Shown here one piece after another: positions 36,434 to 60,135 of a stretch of 64,000 bases of DNA (positions are counted from its first letter, which is position 1; every line of letters starts with the position of its first letter). The notes under the pieces were generated by a model that was not told where the DNA came from, did not search any database, and worked only from the letters and a program-made list of their open reading frames with translations. Source of the DNA: Tubiluchus corallicola. Lineage: Eukaryota; Animalia; Priapulida. Made by a program: the position numbers and the translations under genes. The stretch is from assembly GCA_030141605.1 (NCBI GenBank), contig JAQGDQ010000051.1, positions 124,001 through 188,000 on the forward strand, in the 5' to 3' direction.

Positions 36434-38096
36434 CGGCTGTATCATCATTCATGAACTTGAGAAATTTTTAGCAGCAGCTTCATTTTACTATTTGTAAAAC
36501 GTTCTTACAGTGTTTAACAGGTTGTCATTGTGTGTAACTAATGTGGACATTTTTATCAATATAATCATGTTTATGCATAGAAAATTACAGTTAAAACATT
36601 CTCTGTGTGATTAAAGTCACTGCAGATGCTTTGCATTATATGATTTGACGATAATCTTTCATTATTTAATTGTTTTGTCTTTAAACTTGCTGAAACATGT
36701 TGGCATACAACAATATTAAATAGAACTTTAAAATTCTTAATTAGCAAGAATGGCATCACTTTGTTAACTGTCCCACATTAATCAACACTTTTTAGTAAGA
36801 AATTCTAAAAAAATCGTCAGTAATGAGATCGTTTCACAAACATGTGTAAGATGTCGTTTTTATTGTACCATCATTGTTGTCGTTGCATCGTCTGTGATTG
36901 TTTTATTCAAAGTGATACTGGCAAAACGTTGTAATGAAAACGTATTGCACCCATGTTTCAGTTAAAGTTCATTGAAACGAATGTTTTCTGATATCGTTTA
37001 TTATAGCTGAATCAAGTCAATATTTTTACTAAAAGTTGAACAGATCGTATGCACCATGAAATTGTTTTGAGGAGCGGCTAATTTAGTGCTTTTGTTTTGT
37101 AAGTTAAGTTTAGGTTAATGCGTTATAAAAGCTTAAAGGTTTTACTATACACTTATTTTTGTTTATACACATATATTTCTTTGCTATTCTAAACCAAAAA
37201 TGTGTAATGTATTTGCATTAATCATATTCTTACTTATTTATATTGTTTGCTTGTTTTACACTTTTTACCAGCAAACGTGGCGCTTTGCTTATTTTGATGG
37301 TCAATGTTATTTCACGGTCTACATCTCCTATATCATAGTTTTAGAAGAGTAAGTATAGACTTAATGGTGCTGTTAATTTTTTGTACCTTTGTCTGCTGGA
37401 CAGTAAACTGTACTTTGAAATTTACTTTGAAATGTGGTCAGTACAATTAATACAAACAACTTTCATAAGTCACAAACTTAAAACATATTGTCTGTTACTA
37501 CATGCAAAAGTAAAACAATAGCAAAAACACTGGATCTCCATTTTTCTTATAGCAAACACACAGTTACAAACAACACATGGTTGGTTGTTTGTTTACTGTA
37601 GCAACTGAAAATTGTGCATATCAGAAATATTATGCTCCGCTATAGTAAATTCTAATATAAAATTCACGGTAGTTTTTGCCACTTTTTATTTGCTTTGCTT
37701 TTGTGTTAGGCCTACTATTTTGTGATTGTGAAACCAGGTTTTGTTAGTAGTGTAGAAATAAGGAGCTATATTATTTCTGCAACGTCATGCGTATTTTCAC
37801 ATACACTGACCCGGTCAAAATTAGATTTTTGTCTTGAGTTGTGAAGATGATTAGATTTTAAAGTTAGGCATTGTGCACTGATATTTAGATATGTGGTAGT
37901 TTTTTCTCTTTTTAGACTGAGTTTGGAAATCATATCAGAACTTATTTATTTAATGGACTTAAAGGTTTTCAGTTATTTTGCTTGGTTATATAAATGTTAT
38001 CTACATTTTACTTATTAACCTATAATTATTATTATTTTGTGGATAAATTGTGAAATTTACTGATTTTCATTGTGGTCTATTGATGCGACTTTTTTT

Positions 38097-38102
38097 AATA
38101 AA
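38097..38102 (+). promoter_or_regulatory. Candidate distal polyadenylation signal of the SLC6 gene
   Basis: AATAAA with a U-rich upstream run and a downstream U/GU-rich element (ttcttgttttgttc). Other AATAAA hexamers lie more proximally. Confidence 0.3.
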
Positions 38103-40535
38103 GGCAACATTTACAAAAAAATTCTTGTTTTGTTCATTTGCATAAAATTGTGGGTTAATTTTTTTCTAACTGCAAGCTTTCTGTAAATTGTAACTTTGCT
38201 TTAAACCTCCTTTGGATGATTGACTGGTTGGTGGTTGGTTAGTTTTATTGGTTGTTTGGTTAGTTAATCGATCGATTGATTGTTCGAGTAACTGACTAAT
38301 TGATTATCTGACTAATATGGCAAATTACATTTCTAAAAGTACATTTAAAAATGACAGTATCAAATAAAAACAAGCTTCATGTCTTATCATTCAGAAGTTT
38401 AAAGTGGGCCAGGCAACAATTACTACTTTGCAATAAAGCCAGGTAATAAACTTGCACTATAAAATGTCAAGTAATTTGCCAGGATAACCTACTAAGTTTA
38501 AAATATATGTTACCAATAAGCTCCCTAAACATTCCTGACATTCAATAATACAGACATTTTGGAAGGCTCGTTCAAATAAAAAAATGGCAGGGCTAGTTAA
38601 AGTATCTCGATCAACAAGTTTATCTAAAAGATCAGAAATCAGGAAATTTCGCAAACCAACGTACACAAACAGACTCGCATTTTGAGGTATCTCCACACCT
38701 CGCGAAAACAGGCAAAACACCTGCACGCAAAATGAGTGTCAACCGTTTTTCATTCGATAGTTTTGGCCTTAGGCAACGTCACGGCGCCAGTTTGTCTAGT
38801 ATGATCGGCTAGAAAGCGGGTTATCGGCAGCTCAACCGTGTGTGATTCAACATTGTACTACTGTAGTTAATTAAAACGCATCTGTTTCTCTTTATTACTA
38901 AGAAATAAAGGTTATCATTAACTTTCTTATTAATAGAGACCCGAAAATAGAGAGCTCATTACGTACTTAAAGGTATAAAGTCCAAGTTCTGAATGGAAAA
39001 ACAATTAAACTTGGAAACACTATGCAATTTTCTAAATTTTATTCGAACGAACTAATTGGCGTAAAATTTTTACTGTAATTACAGATGCATATAATCTTTA
39101 TTTCAAGTAGGAGTGCAAAATGGAAAATACTAACCAATTAAAGTTGACAATTCATATCAGCTAAAATGCATGGAAAATACGTTAACAATGGCGTAAAACC
39201 ACACAAGAACTACAAAAGAGAGCAGTTAATAGACAAGATTTGAAAAGTTTAAAAATCACTTCAATTGGAAAAGATAAAAAATGAGAAGGCCATTAAAATT
39301 AACTGGTAAACTGAATAATGAACATTAGCCAGGACAAATTAGGCAACAGAGAAGGAATTTCTGCATCCATCCCCGATTTGCTGCCCTGCTCCATCTATTA
39401 ATTTGCTTCAAGAACTCATTGTAGTTAGTTGCTATGTACGTGCGAATGATTGCATAAGCAAATTATTTTTGTAGGTAAATATGGAAAAGTTTCTTCTCAT
39501 ACAACTTCGTGCGTTCAACGCGAATATTTAGAATGTTAATATCATACCTCTTTTGACAGCAATAAGAAAGCGTGGAAAATAAAATAACCATTTTATATTT
39601 AGTAAACAAAACAGTTTTTTCAAACATTGATTTGACAAGAAGTGCGCCTATAAAAGTTTAATGAACGTTAATGAAAACTGATATTAAAATCTATATTATC
39701 GCCAAATATTCAAAGTTCAAGTGAATTCTGTACAACCAGCAATGCATTTCTATATTTTCAACGGCTAAAGGTTTTAGTTTATGTATCGCGTGTGTTTTTG
39801 CACCAAAAGTATTTGCCGGGAATTTACTGAGATTTATTTCCAGTAATTAATTAGTTTTTTTCTGGTGTATAGTACTCTCTCTGCTGTGAATTGCACGTAT
39901 GTTTATAATACAATATAAACATTATATTAACGTGAATTGCACGTTCATAATATAAAAAATAAGTTCTTGGGTTTTATCTTTCGTCTAAAGACAGTTCACA
40001 GAAACGTTTTTCTTCATTTTGAGGTTTCTTAATTGTTCCAATTCTTGTCTTTAATAATTCTAAGTCCATGATATTGATTTTAATTAATTAAATATACGTA
40101 GTTCTGAATTTATCTGAGATAAACATAGTTACCCTTTAACTGTCTTTGGGCAAGGGTAATCTGACTAAAAAAATAGTCCAATAAAAATGTATATGTATCA
40201 ACCTTAATTTCTGTGATTGTTTTAGTGGTTATATATCTAATCTGCCATTCAATTGTGTTGTAACCTTTTTTCAAAAATAGTGGTTTTGGCCTAACACGAG
40301 GAATTGCAGGAAATTTTCTGAATTTTTTAGTCTCATTTTTTATTTTGGCTGAATACAGCATTGCAGCATTAGTAATAACAAGACACGAACGGCTGAATTG
40401 TAGAAACAGTTCTCACGGCGTGTACTTGGCTAGGGAAGTTAAGAAGCACACGCCCTGCTTCGTAGCTGGATGAATGGTCACTAAGAAAACTGCATCCTGC
40501 TATTTCTCTCTCTGTGGGAGAATCATGGCTAAATC

Positions 40536-40744
40536 GGTTCAGTACCTCATTTCACCTTTAGCAAAGAGTCAGATTCTGGTCCTGTCTCAACCATAATAAG
40601 TAGGCCTTGCTATTAAGCACTGGATTCCAAGTTGTGGTGTACTGAGATGATTGTATAAACAGTGCTTAACAGCAAGGTCTACTTATTATGGTTCAGGCAG
40701 ACCAGAATCTCGCTCTTTACTAAAGTAACATGAGGTACTGAGCC
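40536..40744. repeat. Long imperfect inverted repeat (~85-bp arms, ~37-bp spacer), MITE-like or fold-back
   Basis: Arm 40536-40622 is the reverse complement of arm 40660-40744 with scattered mismatches and indels. Confidence 0.85.
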
Positions 40745-43109
40745 AATGTTTGTGTAAAATAGAGCTACGATTGATCATGTGCAATGTTCTGTTTGTAATT
40801 CTTTCTTAGCTATAATCATTTTGCAGGTGTGCGTTTGCATTCTGAGTTTTAGCTTGCATAGAAGCTACAAGGTCGTTGTTTGTAAACGCCTTTATTTGTT
40901 ATAATTTGTGACAATTAGCTTCGTTAAATTTTATTTAAAACAATGTTTCCAGATACCTGATCTAATTTTCAAACATTGAACAGCTGTAAATTAAGATGTA
41001 ACAATACTATTCTATTCACGTGATCATTATTCTATTTTATTTTCGTAAAACGCACTATGATATTTTAATTTCACAGCTATTCTGAGTTTGAGCGGAACAT
41101 CATGTACCGTGTGTGCAAGAAGCATTTGCGTAGCGTTTTATGAGGGTTTTAGAGTTACCTTGTTGAAAAATAAGATTTGGTTACAAGACAGTAAGGGTTA
41201 CTATTAAAAACACTTCCACTAAACCACAAATCGCTACCTACGTAGAATGCTCGTGTATTATTTATCATCTCTACAGCCTTGTGACTTGAGGCTGATTATG
41301 ACTTTAATTTAATTCCGATAATGAGCAATTTTTTTCGTGTGTATTCGATGTCGAAGTCATTGCTGCTTGTTTATAACACTTTGAACTTTAAAAATATAGC
41401 AGTTTCAGATAAATCGCAAAAAAGAATCGCGAAAAATCGAAGGATAATGACAATAATTATAATATATTGTATCGTTATTGTGTATTTTTGTGTTATACTG
41501 TAACAAAATTTCTAATCAAATATTGTGTCGTTTGTAATATTTAATACGACTATCATTGTTAGAAAAATAAACCTGGTGATAATAAAACTACTACTACAAC
41601 AATATAGTACAACTTATAAGCCTGCGCCTAACTTGAATGGTGCATAATTTATCTGCAGGCAGGTCTATTGCAAGGTTTATTCTTGTTTGTTTGTTTAGTT
41701 AATTTTTTCATTTGTTTCATTCTTTTATTTATTTTCTTTCTTTTTCCTTCTTCTTCTGTCCTCCTTCATCCATTCATTGTTGCTTTAAAAGCTGATTCAA
41801 AACACAAAAAAATGAAAATAAGTCCAATTGATGTGCTTTACTGTAAATGTATTTCAGTTTGTGAACATGTATCAAAGTGTAAAGTAATACGAAGTTACAT
41901 GTAATTAATGTAGTATTGTGTAGATGATCGGATCACGTGTTATAAGCGACCTCCTCTGTCAGAACGCATTACCATCTTCCGCACCAGGTGTCCGAGGTCA
42001 CTTCTGTACACTAAAACATAGTTTAACGTATGAATCATCTATTTTCTTTTACAAAGCCATTTACCCGCAAGCTAAACGCAAGTGAGAGCCACCGCCAATT
42101 CATACATTCTGCGATGTATTATAGCTGTAAATGCTTTTTTAAACTGAAACAAACTAAAAGATCTGATAAACAGTTTTATTTACCCGCCTAACTACTTTTT
42201 CATTTATGTCTGATAATTTGGCTTCTATTTTAGACATTCAGAACTCAGCTAATTGTCTCGGTTTCACATTTTTTACAGTAAAGTTTATATTTTTAAACGG
42301 GTTACCAGAAAAACGGAAAATATTTGCTCAGTTCTAAACATGACAAATTACGACTTTTAGTAAAATGGTTTGTATGTCTGAACCAAACCTTTCAAAATAA
42401 AAAAACCTATTAAAAGTATCTACTTAAATAAGTTAAATGAGCTAAGTAAGTAAGAAAGCAAGTATGTAAGCAAGCAAGAAAATTTTTAGTTTAAGACTGG
42501 TTTGTTATAAAAACACAAGTAATAACTAATAAAACGTCTATAGTCGTCTGCCAGTTGTGAAGTCTTGTCACTCACGTTGATATTCTAAACACTTCTCTAA
42601 ACAATGTCACAGTTTTGGTATTTGGATTTGGGTGGTAGGCCTACTAAAAACGTGAACTTTAACCTCTAAATGCATATAATAAGGCACACCTGTGAAAAGC
42701 TTAAAGTTATCACAGTCGAAAATAACAAGACAAGGTAGCCATCTCGAAGTTCGCCAGAAGACTAAAAAAAACATATCATTTGATTCAATTACAAGTTAAC
42801 TTTTCACATTGTCGACGATTAGTTGTCTGTTTTATAGCAGTCCAAATAATTATTGTGAGTTTTATTTGCCTTTTACATCGACACATGTATGTTTTGTGTA
42901 GACCTATTCTGTGTTTATCTCACTTATACTATGCCTCATATTTTAAAATTAGATCAGCTTATAATCTATTTAATACAATACTTTTAGTAGTCTGGTCTAC
43001 TTTACATAATAGTTTTGAAATCAAAACACTGAAGTGCTGCATATGATTGCAACATTATTTTGTTAGATTACACATTAAAACCACTTGAAACTTCTGGTCA
43101 CACAGTGAG

Positions 43110-44357
43110 CATCATTTTCGCTGATGGTCTAAGGCATTTGATAACGCGGACCACAATATTATGGTATGAATTTATTGGATGTGGGTATTAAGAACACACT
43201 GCTGCCCTGGATTTGTAGTTTCCCGACTAATAGAGTAGCCCATGCACTGTTTAACGGCATAAAACCTGATTGCATAACAATACATGGTGGTCTACCACAA
43301 CGTACCAAAGTTTGCCCAGTTGGTTTCAAAGAAATTGTCAATAGTGTTTTTTTTTTATAACTCACATGGTTGCTCAAATTTTCAACATTGGAAATACGTT
43401 GACGACACAACAATAGGCGATGCATCTGTGAGTTATACTAGCTGAAATTTACAAATAAGGTAGAAGAAGTTGTCACTTGATCAGACTACAGTCATAATTA
43501 TGATTATTAACTTTAGAAAGTGTGACGTGTCATGCATTTTGATTTTCGTACTATACCACATAGAACGGTCCCACCAACGTACAATAATTAATGGCGGGGA
43601 TGTGTTAAAGATTTTACAATATTATTGGGTATCGAACTTCAGAATAATCTTAAGTGGGATTATCGCATTGAAGAGTTACTGCTAAAGCAGGTAAACGAAT
43701 TTTCATGGTTTCTGTATTAAAAAATGTATAGCTACTAGCGCTACATCAGATGTAGTCCGTGTTTATACAAGTTATATTCGCCCTGTTTGAGTATGCTTCT
43801 GTTACTTGGAGCAAATCTATTAATCAAACTCAAATTGGCAGTATTAAAAGCGTTTAAAAAATAAATTGTCGAATAGTTTTTGGCAAAGATTTCATTTCTT
43901 ATGATGATGCTTTACGTAACTTAACCTGATTACTCTGGAAAATCGTAGACTTGCTTCTAACAATATTCGGTACCAGAGACACTTATTTTTTCCGTCAAGT
44001 CTTAGCGTAAGCAATCGTATTACTCGTAATTCTAATAAGTTAGTTATGCCCAAAAATCGAACAGAACATTACAAACATTCAGCAGTGCCTGTTGTAATTA
44101 GAACCATAAATAGTAACGAGGAATTACTTAAATTACAGTGCCAAAATCTACTGTCACGATTGGGTTTAAATTGCTTTACTGTGACTTTGTGATGCCAATT
44201 GATATTTTTGCTTGTAAGCAATATCTCTTATATTATTTCATTAGTTTATTGTTTAACGTGTCTTTTGACACTTTTTTCTCTATTTTTATTGTATTCAGTT
44301 TTTGCTGCTATGGTGTGACTTTTTAAAAAAATCAATCATTTATTTATTTATTTTATT
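43110..44357 (+). mobile_element. Decayed, 5'-truncated CR1/L2-type LINE (reverse transcriptase remnant)
   Basis: Frameshifted RT motifs in the expected order: SKAFDNADHNI (~43128), GGLPQRTKVCP, WKYVDDTT (~43390), KAGKRIF, VYTSYIRPV.EYASVTWS and RTEHYKHSAVP. A (ttta)n-like tail lies at ~44335-44357. Confidence 0.8.
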
Positions 44358-45207
44358 AGAATGAAGACTGCAAAGTTTCCAACTTGTTAATATGTAAAAT
44401 ACTTTAGCTTCGCAGTGTTAACGTTATTTCACAAAGTACAATACTTCTTTAATTAATAGTCAATTTTTATTTGATTGACAAAAAGCAAATACACTTTCTT
44501 TAGGATTTTAGTAATACTTGAAACATACTCTTAATTACAATAAAATGAGAACTAAACAATATTATTCATTTTCAATTACAGCATTTTACACTGCAAGTTT
44601 TTTTTGCTTTTATAAGACGAAAACTAGAAAAAAATTAATTGCAACTAGGAGTGTTAGTTTAAACTTTAGCTTAGTGTTTAGAATTATTTTAGTCAAAAGC
44701 ACTAATCATATGTATACATAGTTATGAGTAATCGAGTATGCTACACCACATCGTTTATGTTCAAAGGATCCAACGTGATCACAAAACTTCATTTATGAAG
44801 CTAAATTAATCTATATAATTTCTGAGTTTATGCTTACATATAGATTATAACAAATGTTTGAACAGAATACTTAAAAATGATATAAAGTACATAATTCAAG
44901 TACCAACGAAGGCATTTAATTAGAAATAATTTCCTAATACATCATAATACCTCATTTATATAATATAATATATATATATGACTCTGTACAAGATAAGTTT
45001 TAGTATTAATAGACTACTGTAAATATTTACAATTTAAATTACATATTAATTTCATACTAGAATTGGTTTTACTTTTTTAAATGACAACAAATATCACGAT
45101 AGATAGCTTTTGATTTTTATGATACTACAAATTCACATTGCAAAACACTAGCCCCAATAGGATCAAATAATATTTGAGCAAAGTGAGTTAGTGCATCCGG
45201 TCCCGAG

Positions 45208-46191
45208 TTAGGAATGGGAAACAAACACTTCTGGAAAAGTAGGAAGAGGGGCAATTTTTAAATTCTGTCCATCATAATGTCGTAATCGCTCAGTGGAGTC
45301 CATTGTCAAAACTTTTCCATGAAGACTGAGTTCAGGTGATGTTTCTATATGAAACATATCATGCTGCATATAACAGTGTTTTGTAGAAACAAATTGCTCC
45401 CTACTCTGTGGTGTCATTTCATCAGTCAGTGAACGCTGCATTACATGATTCCACGGTGTGGGAGACGGTGTTGATGCATTCTCTACTTGCCACCCACTAA
45501 GCCCAATACCTGGTGACGTTTGATCATGTACTGAATACGACGATGACGACGAAACTGAAGACAGCGATGAGCAAGGTGACATTTGAGAATAGTTATTGTT
45601 CATGTAATAATTATTATCTCTGGAAGGTGAACATGGATAACCATACCCTTGAGAAATATTCACAGAAGGAAACGCAGCGTTGTAACAGTATTTAACACAA
45701 CCCTGACTATCTGGCAATGGAGCAGGAGGAGAGCCCTGATCTGTGCAATTTTGCCACCATCGTATCACATTTTGTATGTTGTCCCCATCGTCAGGAGAAC
45801 TTGTTGATGGTTCACTAAAGAATGAAGCCGGCAGGTTGCGCTTTCTTAAAGGAATTTTACTAGATGTTCGGCGTTCCGTCGCACAACACTTCTCATGAAT
45901 CGTCTTTGGATCAAATAAAGCGTCTAAAGACTTAATGCTAATGTTTTCTCTTTTGGGTAATCTCAGATTCTGATGAGAGTGATTCTGAGCTATTGGTTCT
46001 GCCACACCTAGTCGTCGCAGCTGTTTCTGTAGATATTTTCTATGATTCACTTTTCGCCGCGATTTTACGGGTTTATCAAACACATTCTTGATCGACAAAG
46101 TTGCTTGATCAATGAACTGAAGCAGGGATGTGGTTTCATCGTTCACTTCCGCTTGCTCTACAGCTGAGAATCTTGCACAAGCAATCTGCAT
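45208..46191 (-). CDS. FAM181: FAM181 family protein, single coding exon (327 aa from the first in-frame ATG)
   Basis: The longest non-repetitive ORF in the window. It has the FAM181 N-terminal block SLLQFIDQATLSIKNVFDKPVKSRRKVNHRKYLQKQLRR, then SLDALF, and the YAP-like Omega-loop PLRKRNLPASFFSEP. ATG is at 46191; the ORF-track start at 46239 is a TTG. Confidence 0.9.
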   Translation of the reverse strand: MQIACARFSAVEQAEVNDETTSLLQFIDQATLSIKNVFDKPVKSRRKVNHRKYLQKQLRRLGVAEPIAQNHSHQNLRLPKRENISIKSLDALFDPKTIHEKCCATERRTSSKIPLRKRNLPASFFSEPSTSSPDDGDNIQNVIRWWQNCTDQGSPPAPLPDSQGCVKYCYNAAFPSVNISQGYGYPCSPSRDNNYYMNNNYSQMSPCSSLSSVSSSSSYSVHDQTSPGIGLSGWQVENASTPSPTPWNHVMQRSLTDEMTPQSREQFVSTKHCYMQHDMFHIETSPELSLHGKVLTMDSTERLRHYDGQNLKIAPLPTFPEVFVSHS

Positions 46192-46465
46192 ACTTGATTT
46201 ACAAGTACACGAGTTGGTAGAATAATGAAATAACCACAACTAACTCATGTTTGTAAATCCATCAAAGTTATATTAAACAGTGTTGACGGAAAGTGTCCAC
46301 CTACACACACGTTAAAGTACTTCACGCGTGTACTCTAGCCGTCGGTGTAACTTTGAAGTCTGATAACAAACACTATTCGCTGCGTCTACACTAGAGCGGT
46401 GCTGAGTGAACTGTATACCTGAAGACACCGCAGCTGATAACAGGTATGCTCACAGCACCGTGTGA

Positions 46466-46473
46466 TGACGTCA
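46466..46473. promoter_or_regulatory. Perfect CRE palindrome (TGACGTCA) ~275 bp upstream of the FAM181 ATG
   Basis: gaTGACGTCAcgtcat in a CpG-richer proximal region, with an overlapping half-site. Function is untested. Confidence 0.45.
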
Positions 46474-46649
46474 CGTCATTCTCTATTCCCACGCAGCTTC
46501 ATTCATTCCGCTAAATCCGAGTTTTTTTGTTGCCTAAAGCTAAATTGACAAAGTCGAATCTTTTTAGCAAAATTTTTTTTACACGTGAGAGTATAATTAC
46601 AGATAAAAAGTATAAGCAGCAATTGTACCTCACATAGGATAATATAATA

Positions 46650-46702
46650 CAATGTATAATACTACACTACACTATTCTACACTACACTACACAATACAAT
46701 AT
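46650..46702. repeat. (ACACT/ATACT)n pentanucleotide microsatellite
   Basis: Seen directly in the sequence. Confidence 0.75.
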
Positions 46703-46974
46703 ACACTACACTATACTATACTGGAATAATTTTTTCTATTTGAATGCATAAAAATACATTAATGTTAATTCCATTTTATCTTAATCACTAAGAGTGATAG
46801 CACTGACACTGCATATAAATTCATATTATACAAACATCACGTTACTGATCACGTATGTGATCAAAACTAATTATTATAATTTTAATGTCAAAATTATTAT
46901 TAATGCTGATACAAACCCACAACTAATTAAATGTTGATATCAAGCTTGAATGCGAGGAAATCTAAAAAGGACGG

Positions 46975-47048
46975 CAAACAGCCTGGGTTTGAACCACGGA
47001 CCTTCTGCTTACAAGGCACGTGCTTTAGATCACTAGGCCTCCTCCAAT
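46975..47048 (-). mobile_element. tRNA-Thr(TGT)-like SINE head or tRNA pseudogene
   Basis: Minus strand reads ggcctagtga (A-box-like), tgc-CTTGTAA-gca (anticodon arm) and GGTTCAAACC (B-box/T-loop). The acceptor stem does not pair, so this is not called a functional tRNA. Confidence 0.55.
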
Positions 47049-49161
47049 GGTCAAGGAGTTCAAGGTTCACCTCACTTTCTCACATCTCCTCTCTTTTGAG
47101 TTTGGCATCAGAGTTTAACTAACTGTGGGTTTAAGCCATTAATATATAAAAACTGTTTAAGACTTCAACATGCTTGCTTGCAAATATTCTCAATGAAGTG
47201 TTTTTTCACGTAACCATTTTGTAATTTCATATAACCAACAAGTTTTCAGCTTCAGTGCACGGTGGTTAAGCTTTCATGTTTCTTGCAATGCAATGGCAGA
47301 TTTAAAGCGACAATCCCTGTTGACATGATTGATGTGAAAATGCCCCACAGAACCTCTTTACTAGCTTAGTTAAAATGCTTTGCACTGTGCACCTATTCTC
47401 TGCTATATTGGATTAGCCACTCGCTGTTGAAATGGCAGCTTACAAGTCATTGTTGCAATACTAAGCCTTAGATTAACTACACAATTATTATTTATACATA
47501 CATAACAAAAGAACTAAAAGGTTGTCGGCACTCATTTTTTCTACAGTCATGTTGCAAATTCTATAGTTATAATATCCGGGTATTTAAATATCCCGTTTTT
47601 ATTAACACCTTAGATTATGCAATAATGAGCATGATGATGACGATGATGATGGTGACGATGATTGACAATAAAATCGACAAAAATTATTTATGTTCACAAT
47701 GATAATTAAGTATAAAAATAAAATAGGTTTGCATTAGATGTTTCAAACTGCAGCTGCTTAGCTGATATTATAGCAAGCTATTTCAGATCCTGGACAGTAT
47801 AGCAGGGATCATGTCCACAAGGTCTATGCATGAGCAGTAAAAGTTAAATTGGATTTATAGTCAAACACCTCTTATTATCCAATTCTAATTAATAAGCTGT
47901 GCTAGTTTAATTACTTTTCAGCATCACCTTGACAATATGCAATTTAGAATTTTGTGCAAAACTCATTATGTGGGCAGACACCTGTGTGAAATGAAAAGAT
48001 CATCAATCTTCACTGTGACTTAATGCACAGATAAAACTGTTGGTGGTGAATGAGAAATCTAACACAGAGTGCACTTACATACTTAGTTAAGTATGTCAAA
48101 GTCTACAGGGCCACCAGGTGTGTGAGAACCGTAAGTACAAGTAGGAACTAAAACTTGCAACAATCTTGAATCTGCAACACATCTGTTTTAATGCACAAAT
48201 GAAACAACAAATGATAAACTGCAAAATTTAACCACGTAAACTTTTCTCAAATAGGGCACAATATAAATATGAATTTTATAACATAATTTATTTGATAATT
48301 AGTATTAATTGCATTCGTTTGTTTGCCTAAAATTTATGATGTATAAACCAACTACAAATGTAATAAGATTGAGATATATAAATAAAAAGAAAATATTGAT
48401 TAAATATCTATTCACCATTTTGAAGAATACAGAAAATTAACGATTTCGAAAGGAAAACCAGGACATGCTTTTTAATACAAGATTTCTTGTTTTAACTAAT
48501 TTACAAGATGAAAACTCAAAATTTGTCAAACTAAAACTGACTAATTAAGTAATTAAATCTAAAACTAGTGACGTAGTTTAGTTTGTCATTAGTACATTCA
48601 GTTTACAAGTGATTACAAAGGAAGGCACATGCAATCAACGTTGTTAACTAAACCTGCTTTTTCATAACCCGAAGCAAAAGTGAAAGAATGAATAGCCTCG
48701 TCTGTATGAACTAGACTTGATGGCGCCATTTACTGCTGGTGGCAGAATCACTCTTATGTTTAGTAAGGAATATAATGATGTGAACTTAACAGAACGTATA
48801 TAAAGTACGGCTTGGCATTCAATATAAAACTAGAAAAACAAGTTAACTGCAAACAATTCAGTGGCATTTATAAGAATGATTTTGTTCATTTTAACAAAAT
48901 TATGTAATTGATTTAATAAATCACTGTAAGATAAACAGATAATGTGTAACACAAAAAAAACCTGTAAAACTATCTTAACATTCCTCTCACATTGACTATA
49001 ATATTTTAAAGATTAAAACGTTATTGTAACACATTTTTGACTAGCCTGCAACATCAAGCATTGTAGTAAAGTTCACACTATAAAACATACATGATATATG
49101 ATAGATGTTTGCTTTACTTATGCACTCATAAAATTTTATTGCAGTCGATTATTTGCCCTTT

Positions 49162-60135
<10,974 letters not shown>

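Noticed and set aside
46975-47048. Functional tRNA-Thr gene
   Set aside because: The acceptor stem cannot form and the D-arm is degenerate, so it is treated as a SINE head or pseudogene.
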